Of a DNA stretch of 64,000 bases, positions 12,496 to 26,000 are shown piece by piece. Both the position numbers and the translations under genes were made by a program. Location: the NCBI GenBank assembly GCA_023920165.1, contig CP089275.1, positions 1,364,001 through 1,428,000 on the forward strand, written 5' to 3'. Source of the DNA: Curvularia clavata (Eukaryota). Positions within the stretch are counted from its first letter, which is position 1. Each line of letters starts with the position of its first letter. The notes under the pieces are model-generated. The model saw only the letters and a list, made by a program, of their open reading frames with translations, did no database searches and was not told where the DNA came from.

Positions 12496-15400
12496 TATCA
12501 TCAACACTTATTTCTAGGAAATCCTCATGATCAACAGTAAGCAGGCATGTAATTTTTATTTTCTTATTTCTCAGTATATGATACCCACTTCGGTTGTACA
12601 TAGTAACATAGCCCCAACGGGAAAAATCAAGCAAAGAAGAACAAAAAAGCAAGCAGCGAGTGTGATCCTCGATTGGGAGTTCGGCCAGACTTTAACTCAA
12701 CGTCATCTCTTGCCCATCACTTAGCGATATGTATGCCATAGTAACAAACAGCTGTGTTTTAGATCCGTCTTCTCATCACAAACTTACAGTTTCCGTGCAA
12801 CAAGACTCCGCCTGTCGATTGCACAATCCGTGGACCAGACAACGTCGCACAGAAGAGCCTAAGTAACTCCACATGGCTTCCTGCAACATGCTGCCCAATT
12901 CTCTTTATCATTCCTCGTATCCAACTAACCTACTTTCTTCAGTCCGGCTGTCATGATAGGTCATAGGACACCAAATCCGGTTCACCCCGGCCCCAAGGCG
13001 CGGGTAATCGTACATCGCGACCCAAACTCTAGACAAAAGTCTAGCACCAATGATGTAAAACGGCCAAAGCAACCTCTATATACGCACACGCCGGCGGCAG
13101 ATTCCGCCATGCACCGGAGACGCCTCCGAACAAACGATGGACTGGAAACGGCGGCTGAGTCCGGGCTGACCATAGATGCTGAACTGAGGATTAAGTGTAA
13201 CATTTTGGTCATTACTCTACCAGACCATTTTGGCTTCTGGAAACTACCGTGTTATGCAACCTGAACTCAATCCAGGTCACTTACTGATGGTATGCTAGCC
13301 ACTACCACCGCCACCACCACCACCACGTCTAATGCACTGACATGCCCAGTCGATGTACTCTGGTACCGCAATAAGCCTTGTTGAAGCAGCACAGCAGAGC
13401 CCGGAGGAGATACCGAGTAAGCATATTGCGCAACTTAAGTTTTGCCTAATTCGCGCGATACAACCGCATGAAGAACTCTAACGCTTTTTCCGCCGAGTTA
13501 AGATGTAAACTACTACATCGATATACTATACACACAGATCACGCATCACATACATACGCACGAAACGCACGACGCGCGCGCTAACGACGTCCATGGCTCG
13601 CTCATCTTACACACGGTGATCAGGACATTTCGTTTTTGATCTGGACTTTTTTGTTCGGATCCATGGGGCGCAAAGGGCGTCACATAACGTTATCAGCCCA
13701 GACCCCCCTCTCTCTCTTTCTCCGCACGGAAGTTGCCATCAGAGGAGGGAAAAGTGTAATCGGTGATGAAATTGAAGGTGATGATCATCATCTCATCTCA
13801 TTTTTGGGGGGCAGGATTGAGAAAACGAAACGGGTTTCCTGTTTTGTTGGGAGTTTGGATCATGCGAGTAGGCAAGGAAGATCTGCACTCGGGGTATCAG
13901 TGTACTTGTAGATCTTCATCTTCCTCATCTTGATAGAGGCTTGGTTTCAGATTCATCAAGTGGATGCGTTGGAAGATGGAAGGGTGGGGGGGAAGCACCA
14001 AAACGTGACGTTGACATGTATATGATGGTCTTGGAAAAGACCGTTGAAACCTGGACTGGACCCTGCACACACATGCAAAAGAGGTTTGTTGGATTGATGG
14101 CCCTGGGGGTCTTTGCTGCGGCGACTCAGGCACCAACATCAACACCACCGTCACCCTGTGCGCGTGTTTCTGCAAGGCTGCATTCGTACAGATATGCACA
14201 GGGTTGTATGCTCGTCACGAAGCCATCATGTCGACTGTGGATCGCCCCAACCCCCATAAAATGACCGTTTCACCATGAACCATGGGAGCCATGTATGGCG
14301 AGGCCCGTCGACAGGGGGATCTTGATTGTCACAAGAGGCGAAAACAAAAAAGATACAAGGTTTGGGGCCGGGCCGGGGCAACAGCAAAGAGAGAGAGAGA
14401 GAAAAAAAAGGCGATAACCTTTGGACATATCGCAGGGCATGTGCACACCGGGGACCATGCGGCGAACTGAATCGGCGCCTCGTTTCGTCTCCCCCAGTCC
14501 TCAGGCAAAGTCATGGACAATAACAGAAGTGGGGGAAAAGACTTATGGGACTAGCCGCGATAGTCTCCGAAACAGTAGAACCTTTTTTTTCTGTTTTTTT
14601 CGCCTACCTCTAACTTGTCACTTGTGTCAAATGACTGAAAAATGGTGCCTTGCTATACGACATGTTCCCTGGGGGTGCGGCGTGATAATCAATATAATCC
14701 CTGTGTGACTCGTTTCAAGGTTCAGCGGCGCGTGAGTGTCTGACCAGCTCCCTGGTAGGTAACATCCCTGTACATAACATCATTATCGTCCAATTCTAGG
14801 ATGAGGATGTGACGGGCAAGTTGGACGAGAGAGCAAGCACCTAGTCACAATCAGGTCATTACAAGATTGGGTTAGCCGAAAAATTAAAGGGCAAGAAGAT
14901 AGTTGCTGGCCAGACCAGCCCACCTGGCTCCGATCCCCCAGGGTTGGAGAGGGGGACAGGGCATCGGGGACGCCAGGCCAGGCCCGTAAGAGAAGTGGCT
15001 ATAGTATCCTTGCTGGCGATCTTGAACAAGGGTCTCCCTTCTAATGCAAACCTCGCCAGCTCCGCTTCACCGGACAGAAAGTTGATTTATGAAGTCCGGC
15101 TGTGTGGGCCGGCGCTCAGGAAAGGGCTGGCTGGATTGTCCATTTTTTTTACTCAGCTAAGTCTTGGTATCGGGTAGCAGGAGCCGAAGGGGAAGAAAGC
15201 GGGCAATGAAAGCTCCGCGCCTCGAACTTGAAAATTTGTGGAGACCTGTGGAGAGGAGGCACAGGTACGGAGGAGAGTGGGACCCTCTCTTCTCTCCTTC
15301 TTTTAAGGAATTCAATATTTCGAAACATGTCATGTTCAGACACCTTGTTCGGATAATACCCTTGCTGCACACCCGACACCACTCCCAAAAATACCAACGG

Positions 15401-16225
15401 CGTCAGCAGTGTGCTCAAAGGTTGACCGTTGTGCGTCCCGTTTTGGGTTTGGTTAGTGAAACACCGAAGCTTCCGGTAGCGTTTCGAGCATAGCGTCGAC
15501 AGTGCCATGGCTATCAAGGTTGGGAAATAATAGCGATACAAGCTTCCGAGTTTGGACAATCTGGAGCCTTATAGAACCAAATCTGGCCGTTTTGGCCCTA
15601 AATTTTGTGCATACGCTATACGATCGATAGGCTAAGGACCGGGGGCCGATCTTTTGTGCATCGCGTGAACTGTCAGTCGAGGTTGTTTCATCTTGCTTGT
15701 AGTTGAAGAATATTATTTGTCAATCAGTCTGAAAGTTGTGGGTAGTAGAAATGGGCAATTGTAAAGGTTTTCCAAAAAAAAACCGCCTATGATATTAGGA
15801 TATGAAGACAAAGGCAAAAGCCGAATCAGAAACAAGAAAGATGGATTGAAAGCCGCCATGTGCGATTGCAGCGTAGTGGTGCCCGATACGCCGTTTCCCA
15901 TGATGCAAAAAAAACATGTCCTCCGATTTGGGTCCCAGGGTATTCAACGTTAGGAAAAGTTCCAGATGGCTGATGCACCCAGTGAAAAGCTTGGAAACCC
16001 GTTTAGTACCTATGCAAAAACCGAAAGATAGGCAAGCCGCCCAAAGAAAGAAGAGAAAAAAAGGCCTCAGAAATTTTTGGATCAACCAGTATAACGATGG
16101 CGCCTAAGCAAGAACAGAACATATGATGGGATGGTATCCCATGACCGAATCTAAGGGACTAGAGGATGAGGAATGTATCGCGGGAATGAGTCGCAACTCC
16201 CGAACAACTTCCGAGCTTGGCAAAA

Positions 16226-17954
16226 CTATGCGTCGGGTCCGTTGGCTTCGCGTTCGCGTTGCTCCTTTTGTGGGGCCCGGCGGCGTGCGTTGATGAACCA
16301 GTTGGAGACCTAAATGGTGTCAGCGACTTGTTCGGTACGATATCATGACATTTTGTAAAGTGACCCAAGACAGAGCGGAAGTAACAGAAAGGTCCGAAAC
16401 CACGTTGCTGTCTGAAGAATACGGCACTGAAAGACAGGAGTGTCATATGTAGCAGACGTGTCAAAGTTGGCACGCCGGCTGGTGACGATTACGTACCTGA
16501 TTCAAGCTCAAGCCAGTGCGGTTGCACAGTTCCATTTTCTGGTCTTCTGTTGGGTAGGGCGACTGCCTGTTGGCGGCAAACCAGTCTTTGAGCAGGTTGG
16601 TAGCCTCTTTGGGCAGGTTTCCTCTTCGCTTCCTGTTGAATGCGCTGTGGTCAAGACCGACGTTGTGCTGGAAACGAATATCTCCGCCATAGGGCGCATC
16701 GTAGGCCGAGTAGCTAGCTCGGGGATAGTAGGAATCTTGGGACCGTTCATAGCCGCTGTAGGCTGCTGCCTGGTGATCGTGATAATAGCCCTGAACCATA
16801 GGTGGCTGGTATGGGTTTTGAGCAACGGGCTGGTGAATAGCTGGCTGGGCAAACGGCATCTGGCCTTGAGGGACAGGCGATGACCGATGGCGGACGTGAG
16901 GATGCATTGGGGGCGGTTGCTGGTGTGGTGGTGGGTAGGAAGGAGTTGAACGGTGAGAATAGCTCGAGGGTACCGGTTGTACGGGGTGCTGTTGAGCGCC
17001 GTGGGGTGAGTAGCTGGCAAGGGCAGGGTCAATAGCACTGCTCATACGACGGGACTCGGCGAAAGGCTGTTCAATGGTGCTGCGAGCGTAGATATCGCCC
17101 AGTGTGTCGACACGCCTTCGCTTGCTGTCTGCCCATGCTACCTCATCAAAGTGGGGTTGTGCGTGGGGAGAGCTGTCAGCCGAGCCATGGCGGCGTTGTG
17201 GTGTCCTCGGTGGTGTAGTAGTTCGTGTAGTATGGAGAAACTACACGGGTCAGCTGTGTTCGTCTTTGCGTTAATTGCAGGGATTGAAGCTTCATACCTC
17301 GGAAAAGGACGGGAGCTTGCCGGGGAAATGCTGTTCGCCTGGCTGGATTGGTGGAGAGCTGCGCATGTGATGGTTCTGGGGTTCTGTCAGAGTGGTGGTC
17401 AAGGGCAAAGACGCCGGTTGTTTTTCGTGGGTGAGTGGAATAGAGTCGTCGAGAGAGCGGGTTTGCTCGAGCGAGTGCAGCGTAAGGATGGAATGAAGAT
17501 TGGATTGTCTCGTTGGTTGGGGTGAAGTGGGCGGGTGGTGGTGAGGGAAAATGAGGGAGCGAGGTAGCGCAGCTTCTTGAGCGTGCCGATCCATGACGGC
17601 ACTCGCAGTTGCGGATGGAGGATGCGAATTGGGTATGGGAGGGTCTATAGTGCGCTGTGGAAGGCTGCGCACCTTCTCTCCTTGGACAAGTGCTTGTCCG
17701 GAGGCGCGGAATGGATCAGGCAGGGCGGGCGATGGAGCTTTGAGAGCAGGCTCGAGGAAAAGTGGAGCAGACAAGGGCAAAGGGGAAATGAGGGAAGTAG
17801 AAGTAGAGGTAGAGGTAGAAGTAGCAGGTTGGTGACTTACCGCAGCAACCATGTTGGCCAGCGGGCTCTCTGCAGAATGTGTAGAGTTCATTTTGCGCGA
17901 GTGCAGTGGTTCACAATGGCGGTGCGGAATATCTTGGAGGGTAAGATATTCCAT
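16226..17954 (-). CDS. TALE-class (Homeobox_KN) homeodomain transcription factor
   Basis: Exons 17954-17298, 17240-16497 and 16309-16226. Spliced homeodomain KRRGNLPKEATNLLKDWFAANRQSPYPTEDQKMELCNRTGLSLNQ|VSNWFINARRR; LPSFSEFL motif across intron 1. Start codon uncertain. Confidence 0.92.
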
Positions 17955-19934
17955 ACGAGCAATTGAGCGGGATTTATTAAATACTCTGGAGCAAAGCAGG
18001 CGTTAGCGAATTCGTGTGCTGTGTGTCAATGTGTCCATGGTGAGTGGACGGGGCGCCATTGCTCATCCATAGTTGGTGACAGCTTGGTACCAGCGTTGAC
18101 TGGCACCGTTGACTGGCACCGTTGAATGCCATCACCCACGAGTATGGAGCCAAGAGACGGGCATGCTGGGGAAGGAAGGTTACTTACCCAGGTATCTAGA
18201 TGGTGATGTAACAAGTAACTGGATGAGGCAACGCAAGGGTCCAATACAGAGCTACCGAACCAAGAAACGTATATCGCAGATATATGCGGGGTGGGCGGCG
18301 GACAACTGAGATATTATGGTACAGAAAGGCTCGCTATGTAGCCGATGGACAATGTACAAGGAGAGAGGCACAGTGGGTGGTTGGTGATGTCGGAAAGGGC
18401 AGCCGGCGCAAGCACACAGCGAATCGTGAGAAGAAATGGTGTTTGTCTGAGGAGAGGCTGTGTGGTGATGACGGGTGCGAGTGTGTTTAAGAAGCAAGTG
18501 TGTGTGAGAGCCAAAGGAGGCGTTGCAGAGGCCAAGGAAAGACTGCAACGGGCCGTGGATTTACCATGCCTCTGATCGTGCAGCACGAGCAAATGAGCCA
18601 GGGGGGGCTGTGAGCAGAGGCCAATGAAAAGGGAGCAGGCGTGTTTAGCAAGACGTGTGTAGGCTTGACAGGTGAGGGTTAAGGTTTAGTCGATATTTCT
18701 CCGAACGTGCACAATGCAGGCTGTGGCCGGATAGAGGCCGAGAGTAGGAAACAAGAAGACCCTCAAGCCTGACGCCGCAGAATTGGGCACAGGCCAGGGC
18801 GCTGAAGCTGCGCCGTCTGCTGCAAGCGCCATTGAGCGTCGACCCGGTGTCTCCACTTGTCGAATCGTCGCAGATCTGGCTGCATCTGACTCGGGGCAGA
18901 GAAACGGACCAGGGTGTCGTCTGCCTCTGGCTCATTTTGTCGCACGCTGGCCTCGATTATCTCATCTGCGCGCCCACACGCTGGACGCCGCAGCCATGTT
19001 GCTACAACGTTCCATGGCGGCGAAAATGTCCGTCCAAGAGACTTGTAGCTGCACGCTTGGCGTGCGTGCGAGCGAGGGTGCCGCCCGCCAGCACAGCACG
19101 TCGCTGCCTGTTTGAGGCGCCAGCTCACAGAGTTTGTTTATTGAGCAGCTGTGTCCTGGACGACGTGGTGATGGTGCGGCTCAGGAGAATTTGCGGGGTG
19201 CTAGTTGATGGACGCTAGGGGGCATGTCTAATAGAACACAGGAGTCTAGTACGGGGCCACGGAGGGACTGGCTACTCCACCAGAACACGAATGAAGGGGA
19301 GCAGCAGGAGCAGTAGCAGTAGCAGACACAGCACAGCATGGGGGAAAGCAGTAGCAGCAGTAGCAGCGGACGGGGGGAGGGGTCGGTTGTTTAGCAGCGT
19401 CAGGGCCATGTTGTCGAGGGCCGAGCAGGATACAGTGGTACATGTCACGCAACACCAGGCACGATAGCCGGCAGACAGCTGCCGCTCGACTGAACCAGGC
19501 TGGTGGCTGAAGGTAGAGAGCACCTGTGTGACTGAGGCGTACCAGCATCCGGGGGGCAGGACTTGTGGTGGTGTGTCGAGGCAGCACAAAGGACGCTAGG
19601 GCTGCGAGTGGGAGCGTTGGGAAGAGCGAAGAGGCGTTTTCGCGGTGCGACCGGAATAGCAATTTGAGCGACGACGACGACGACGACGTCGAGGCGGCGA
19701 GTTGCGACATGGGCCTTGGGGACATTGCACTGTCGCGGGTCTGGCGCGAGCGGGAGATGATCCATGGCAAGGGCTGGGTATTCTCCACGCCTGCTAGGGA
19801 AGACTAGTCGGAGAGCCGTCGGCGGTGGACCCTGAATCAGCTGCACATGCTCTGTCCCCGAGTCCTGGTGTTGGTGTTGGCGCTGGTGCTGGTGCTGGTA
19901 CGTAGATGTGCATGGCGGTGGTGGTAGTGCTGGT

Positions 19935-20016
19935 GTGGTGGTGGTGGTGGTGGTAGTGGTGGTAGTGGTGGTAGTGGTAGTAGTAGTGGTAGTGGTAGTG
20001 GTGGTGGTGGTGGTGA
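19935..20016. repeat. Compound (GGT/AGT)n trinucleotide repeat
   Basis: Directly visible; it produces the poly-Thr/poly-Pro runs in spurious ORFs here. Confidence 0.9.
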
Positions 20017-23000
20017 TGATGTTAGTAGTGATGTTATTGCTCCTGCTCCTGCTGTTTCCTGTTGCTGTCCACTGACACTCAGATGATTGCCATGTACGCA
20101 AGTAAGCAATCCCATGACGGCCCCTGGCTATGCCATTACCGACGACGACGACAAGGACAACGAGGGCCTTGAGATAAGGCAAGGCCAGCCATTGGCAGGC
20201 GGCGGGCGGGAGCAGAGGGCCCTTCTGCGGGTGACATCTGTCAGTGGCATGCACAGCAACAAGCAACCGCGACTGGCAGCCGGGGAAAGTGCGACGACGT
20301 CTGCGCGGGCGGTGATGGGCAGCAGGGATGGTGCGCCCTTGCCTGTCTCGGCGTCGCGCCTGCCCGTCCGGTGCTGATGTGCTGATCCCACCGCCCGCTA
20401 GCCGGCCGATCAAACATGACTGCCCTGCCACTGTCTCCAATTCACCCTCCGCCCGCTGCCGTCACCATTCACCATGTCGTCCACTCTGCCCACCCACGCC
20501 GCCGCGCCTGTCACGCAAACGAGATGAGACCTGCCTACTCAACTCACCACTCCATCTCCACCCACGCCAAACTCGGCGCCGTCGCAGCCAGACCATCCCA
20601 CTATCCAAACTTTGCCCGCCCACCTTGGCCCTCCGCGCTTTGCGCCTGCACTCCAGCACCCCATGACGGGCCTGTCCTTGCCCTTGTCCTGCTCGTATTC
20701 GGCACCCATGCCGCGACTGCCCGTCCACTTTCATCCTCGCGTCGGCGCCATACCCAGAACAGACTGGCCCGCTTGCTCAATCCTCAACTTGGCCTCGACC
20801 CTTAGCCAGACCAGTGTGCAAGCCTAACCTGTGCTCTTCGCTTCACCCTTGGCTACTGTTCAACACTTCCACCAACATCGTCATCCCGCTGCCGCCGCCG
20901 CCGCGAACCTCTGGCTCGGGATCCATTTCTTCGCTCACAGACGAGCCAACACTACCAGCCCGCCTCCCAACTCGGCCCTCGATCCCAATGCATTCAACTC
21001 ACCCTCTCACCAGCCTGTGCTCTGCCGTCAACATCAGCCACACGAGTGTACAGCAGCGACTGGCCCGCCTGACAGTCCCAGGCCCGCCGTCGTTTGTAGG
21101 TAGCCAGTATTGCCTGCTCCCTCGCGCCATGGCCGAGGCGGGGCCCCCCTCAGTCTACACCACTTCAGCCATTGTCTCGATGCTGGACCCTCTAGCCTGC
21201 GGCTCCCCTTGATCACCCATCACCAGCCTTTCCCGGCCAACCTCCCTTCCCTGCTGCAAATCGTCGGCGGATACAAAACTCTACAAATAAAATTTACCCT
21301 CTTTTTTCCCCTTTCTTGTTCTCGACCAGGTACAACCATCGTGGTTGACCCTGTCACACCACGCAAAAGCCCCAGGCGCCTTCTGCGTTTCCACGCAAAT
21401 CTCAAACCTGGTTTTCAAACCTGCACCAGCACATGGACATCTGGCTTCCTTAGCACAATCTCACTGTGCCTTGATGCATGTAGGCTCTGCTTAAGCTCGT
21501 TTCCAAGTCTCGATCCCGATGCCGGTTCCTTGTGAAAGCTGAGGCTGCCTCGATCTACATGCAACGAGAACGCCCATCGATGCAACTGGATGATGCGACA
21601 TTCCTGTCTCGTACCAAGAGGCCTTTGGGTAGTTCGTTGCACCGCCTGGTTGCGATAATGCACACTGCATCGGCTGCAAGATGAACACATCCCATTTCAT
21701 ATATGTAGAACAAACCCATCGGAAGCAGCAGATCGGACGTGGGCAATCTGACGATGACAACCATGCCAACACGTCCATCTGTGCCGCCTGTACGAGGCTT
21801 GCACATCGTTATCCACGGCCATCCGTTGCCACTCTCTCGGAATCGCCACTAGTACGCCAACGATTAGTGTGTGAGCATCGGCCGTCGTGGCAGGAATCCC
21901 GTCCCTGTAGACGACTTGACGGAAAGGGAAAAGGCTGCAGACAGCAGTCACACAACGCATGGTGGCGTGCATCCATTACTGTACGCATCCTTTCTGCATG
22001 TCAACACTCGCTCCAACGCAGCAACTTTTTTGTTTTTGCTTTCACTGCCACCGCATCACGGTGAATCTGGTATAGGGTATGCTTACGGCAAACAGCGGCC
22101 GAATCATCCACAATGCACAACTCACCTGTGGCAACGTCGTAGCATGGGGCTTGGCCGCAGCGGCTGCACTGAAACGCCGTCACTCAACGCTGTACGCTTG
22201 AAAACGCAGCTAACAAGGTCCCAAGACCTGTGGATAGCTTTTGGCTGCCATCCGCACATTTTGATACTCCACGCGCAGCCTCATGGACGGGTACCTTATT
22301 TTCCGCATCAAATCTGACGTTACCGCTGTCCCAAGTGCTGACACCCTCGACTTGTGTTTGTTTAGACCCATATATTGTTGTCGACCAAAAGCTTACCAAC
22401 ACGTGAAACGCTAGCATCCATGTACTGAGGCAGCAGATTGGTTGCTCTTCATTCCTTGGACGCCTGGAACCCACCAACGCCTATTCGTACGTTTCAGAGG
22501 CAGCTGTCAAAGATGTTAATCCTAATCTACATGACCTGCGTCGCAACTAGCTCTATTGACTTTGGGATACTGAAGAAAAAAAAGTCTTGGCCGGTTGGCT
22601 AGACTCGCTGTATAGAATCTGGTCTCTCATCGGATTTTGCTACTGAAAGATGGCATCCACCAGACCAAAGCTACCTTGAAAAATAGGCTCACTGCCTTAC
22701 GAGCCATCTCTATCGCCAGAGCCCAGCTACTTTCAGATAAGGTACTAATGAAGGCAGTCGCAGGTCCCCTCGAGTCAACAACATGGCCTGTCGCCGGCCT
22801 GCGGCTCTGTCAGGAGCTTGCTTGTCAGAGTCGTCGAAGGTTCCCCTACGATTCTGCTCCTGTGTTTGGTCGTCCCGTAGGTTTTTCGTGCCCAGGATGC
22901 GTTCCAAGATCTATTAATTGATTGACACTGACCCTGCTGCCTCTTCGCTACTGCATCGAATGACCATCAGATGCTCTAGAACCTTGTGCAGGCAGCATGT

Positions 23001-26000
23001 ATGCCAAAAAGTTGTCTGGTGAGCACGATAATTGACAGCAGCCGGGGTTCGCATCATTCCAAGTCAGATGCCTTGCCAAGGCGGAGCTTTCACGAGTCAT
23101 CTTGCATTAGTCCTGAGCCTGTTTGCGTGTATTTGTGTCAATATGTGCCAAACTTTCATGGGCTATTGAGTGGCTGCCCATAGCCAATCACAGCACCACT
23201 TCGGGCGACTCCCGACTAGCGCACTCATTCGGTAACTGACACTGGCTAACCCACTTACTCATGACGCGGTTCCTGCATATAGACAGACTACATACAGCCG
23301 CTGATCATCGGCACAGCCACCCTCCCCCCCCATCGTTCGGCTCTGCTTTCCGTCATCGCACCAAAACAGGCATCCGAGCCGTGGTTTCAGTAGCTCAAAT
23401 GGCAAGGGGCGGCCATGTCAGACGCCATGATCTGCCTGACCGCAGATCAAGTCCAGGGTAGGTTTGCGACATGTCGATGCAACAGCCCATCCCGCTTCTT
23501 TACAACGCCATCCAGAACCCTTATCTTGGCAAAAGGTCACCTACATACTCTCGGAACCGCAAGCGAAAGAGAACCCGGTGTCGCTAACATCAAAATCTCT
23601 TGGCACGGGAACAAGAATAAACGCGCCGATTTGTGGTACCCGCCCGGAGACGGCGCTGTTGATTCGAAATCACTTGTTTCCGAGCACATGTCTCGCCTTG
23701 CATTGCCAAATTCGTTTGCTGAAGGTTTGGCGAGGCCATCTGCAGTATGCAGTATTAGAAATAATCGTGTTGAGGACTTGCTCCACATTCCGACAAGCAT
23801 GTCAAAACACCCATACTCCTGCTCCAACTTTAGACATTGAAGACTTGGCCAGACTCAGAACGAACCCCGGCCCGTACACGGCAATAAGCTACTAGTATGT
23901 AAAGATAGGAATCCTGGATCAGCTAGCGGTTGAATTGATCGGCGTTGAGACGATTATGACAGCCCGCCTGCGTCTACCGTCTGTCTCCACTAATATCGGC
24001 CAGCCGTATCCACGTCCAAATGTCATTGCGAACAGCAGGGCCGGGGGAGAATACGGGGTGTCGCTATTACGGGAGGCCGTGGGACTGCTTCACCTCGCAT
24101 TGATGCTTCCGTTGTTGCATCGCCTTGGACCCGTGGAGCTAACGACCGCTTGCATTTCCTCAAAAGACCAAGATCGCCGGCATGGAACCCCAGGTATCCG
24201 CAGTGACATTGGACGCTTTTGCAGGCGGGAGAGAAAAACCATTATCGATCGTCTCCTGGAAATGGTGGGTGGCAGGAGGCGACCATGGCGGGCCGCTTGG
24301 TGTCTGATCCTTTCTCAAATCATGGTACGTCAGATGTGTCGAAACAGAGCACTAAAAGCACCCTAACGTCAAGCTTGATTCCCGCATGGCCTTTCCCTGC
24401 GACTGGACTTTGTTACTGCTTCGGAAACATTGCGAAGCCATGGTACCCGCTGTCAAAGAAGGAGCAAGGTATCCCTTTTTTTCGCCTACCATGCCCACTT
24501 ACGACATCTCATATATACCATACACGTTTCAAAGCATGCATGCTTGATTGGTTTGGCTCTTCATATCCACCACCTCCTTTCTCATGACGTCAAGCTTTGA
24601 CAGCTTGGGGCCAAGGCCAAAAAGTATGGTTCAAGATAGTTCCGGGGCTACATCCGCTCAACGTTCCCCGCTGTCATGCGACAGGGAGTGAATGCAAGTA
24701 ATTCGTGGGCTCCCAATGCCGTCTTTCATGTTGGGTTGCGCACTTGCAGCATAGCAAAAAAGCTAGAAGCGATCGGCTACCTAGCGCGGCCCGCAAAGGG
24801 TTCTGAGTCGTCTCCGCTGCACGTTATTCGGTGCCATGGTTGTCTCCCTCCCCCAACCTAAGCGCAGATAGGCGCATAATGTCCAGCACTCACGATTCGC
24901 CAGCCCATCATGTGACACCGGAGCTGAGCGTAATACGACAAGGTTTACGGTCATGCAAGGCTAAGGTTTGTTCTGTGTGCATGCAATGTGCAGATCGTAG
25001 AAGCAGAAAAGAGGGCACGAGGAAGCTTCCAAACTGCTGCAGTAGTGCGCTTCTTGTGGCTGGCTAACGGTGCCAGCTCCGCGGCCTGGGAAGCGATTTC
25101 TTTTTTATCCCTCCCGTACCCGCGCGCCCTTTCCAGCCCCCCCTTCCCCTCTCTAATACCCTCATTTTCTAAGTGGAGGCCTTGCAAAGGCGCCCAGCCC
25201 GAAGATCAAGCGAGAATATGGTTAGTCGCCTATTGGGTAGTTTGAAAGTATACACGTGCCCTGTGGATACAAACAGGCGTGTTGATGGTTGTGTTTTTTC
25301 ATCTAGAACATGATACTAGAACCTTTTTACACGCTACGTGTCCGAAGTGGGGGGCGTTTTAGAAAAACAATAGCGCTCTAGATATCGCTTCTCTGCAAGC
25401 GACCAGATGGTGTTGTATTGCACTCAGTTACCTCACCGTATCTGGGATACATGTAGAAAGGGGGGGCCCTTACCAAGTGGGTACGGCGTAAAAGAGGGGT
25501 AAGTGTAGTTCACACCATCAAGCCTAGGCCTAGTAGGTGGAGAAAGAAAAAACAAAAAAAATAAACGACTGACTAGCTTGAACGACTGCTCGCCGCTACT
25601 TCCCGAGCGATTAACGGCAAAAAGAAATATGTGGGAAAAGAAGAGACCGCAGGTTTTAGTGGGGGGAAGAAGTAAGTGAAAAAGGTGTGAGAAGACAAGT
25701 ACGTATAGTATGCTCTGTGCTTTTGATTGTCGATTGCGAGGAGTTTTTTTTTGCAAGATTGATGTAAATGATGGTCTGAGCTACAAACACTGCTTTGTAT
25801 TTCACGTTGTCGCATGTGCTAGTATGTTATGAGTCACTCACTGTTCAGACGCAGATTTTTTAAGAATCTGCAGAAGATACTGTTTGGCTCAGGAACTTGT
25901 TACATGTCGAGATCTCTCTGTCTGATTGTTCGTCTATACGTGTATTCGTGCTCTGCTCTGCTCTGCTCTGCTCTTTCTTTCACTATCTTAATACAAGAGA

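Noticed and set aside
19246..21535. Long overlapping ORFs, including the 331-aa poly-Thr ORF 19445-20440
   Set aside because: They arise from GC-rich simple repeats that lack stops. No domain or consistent splice structure.
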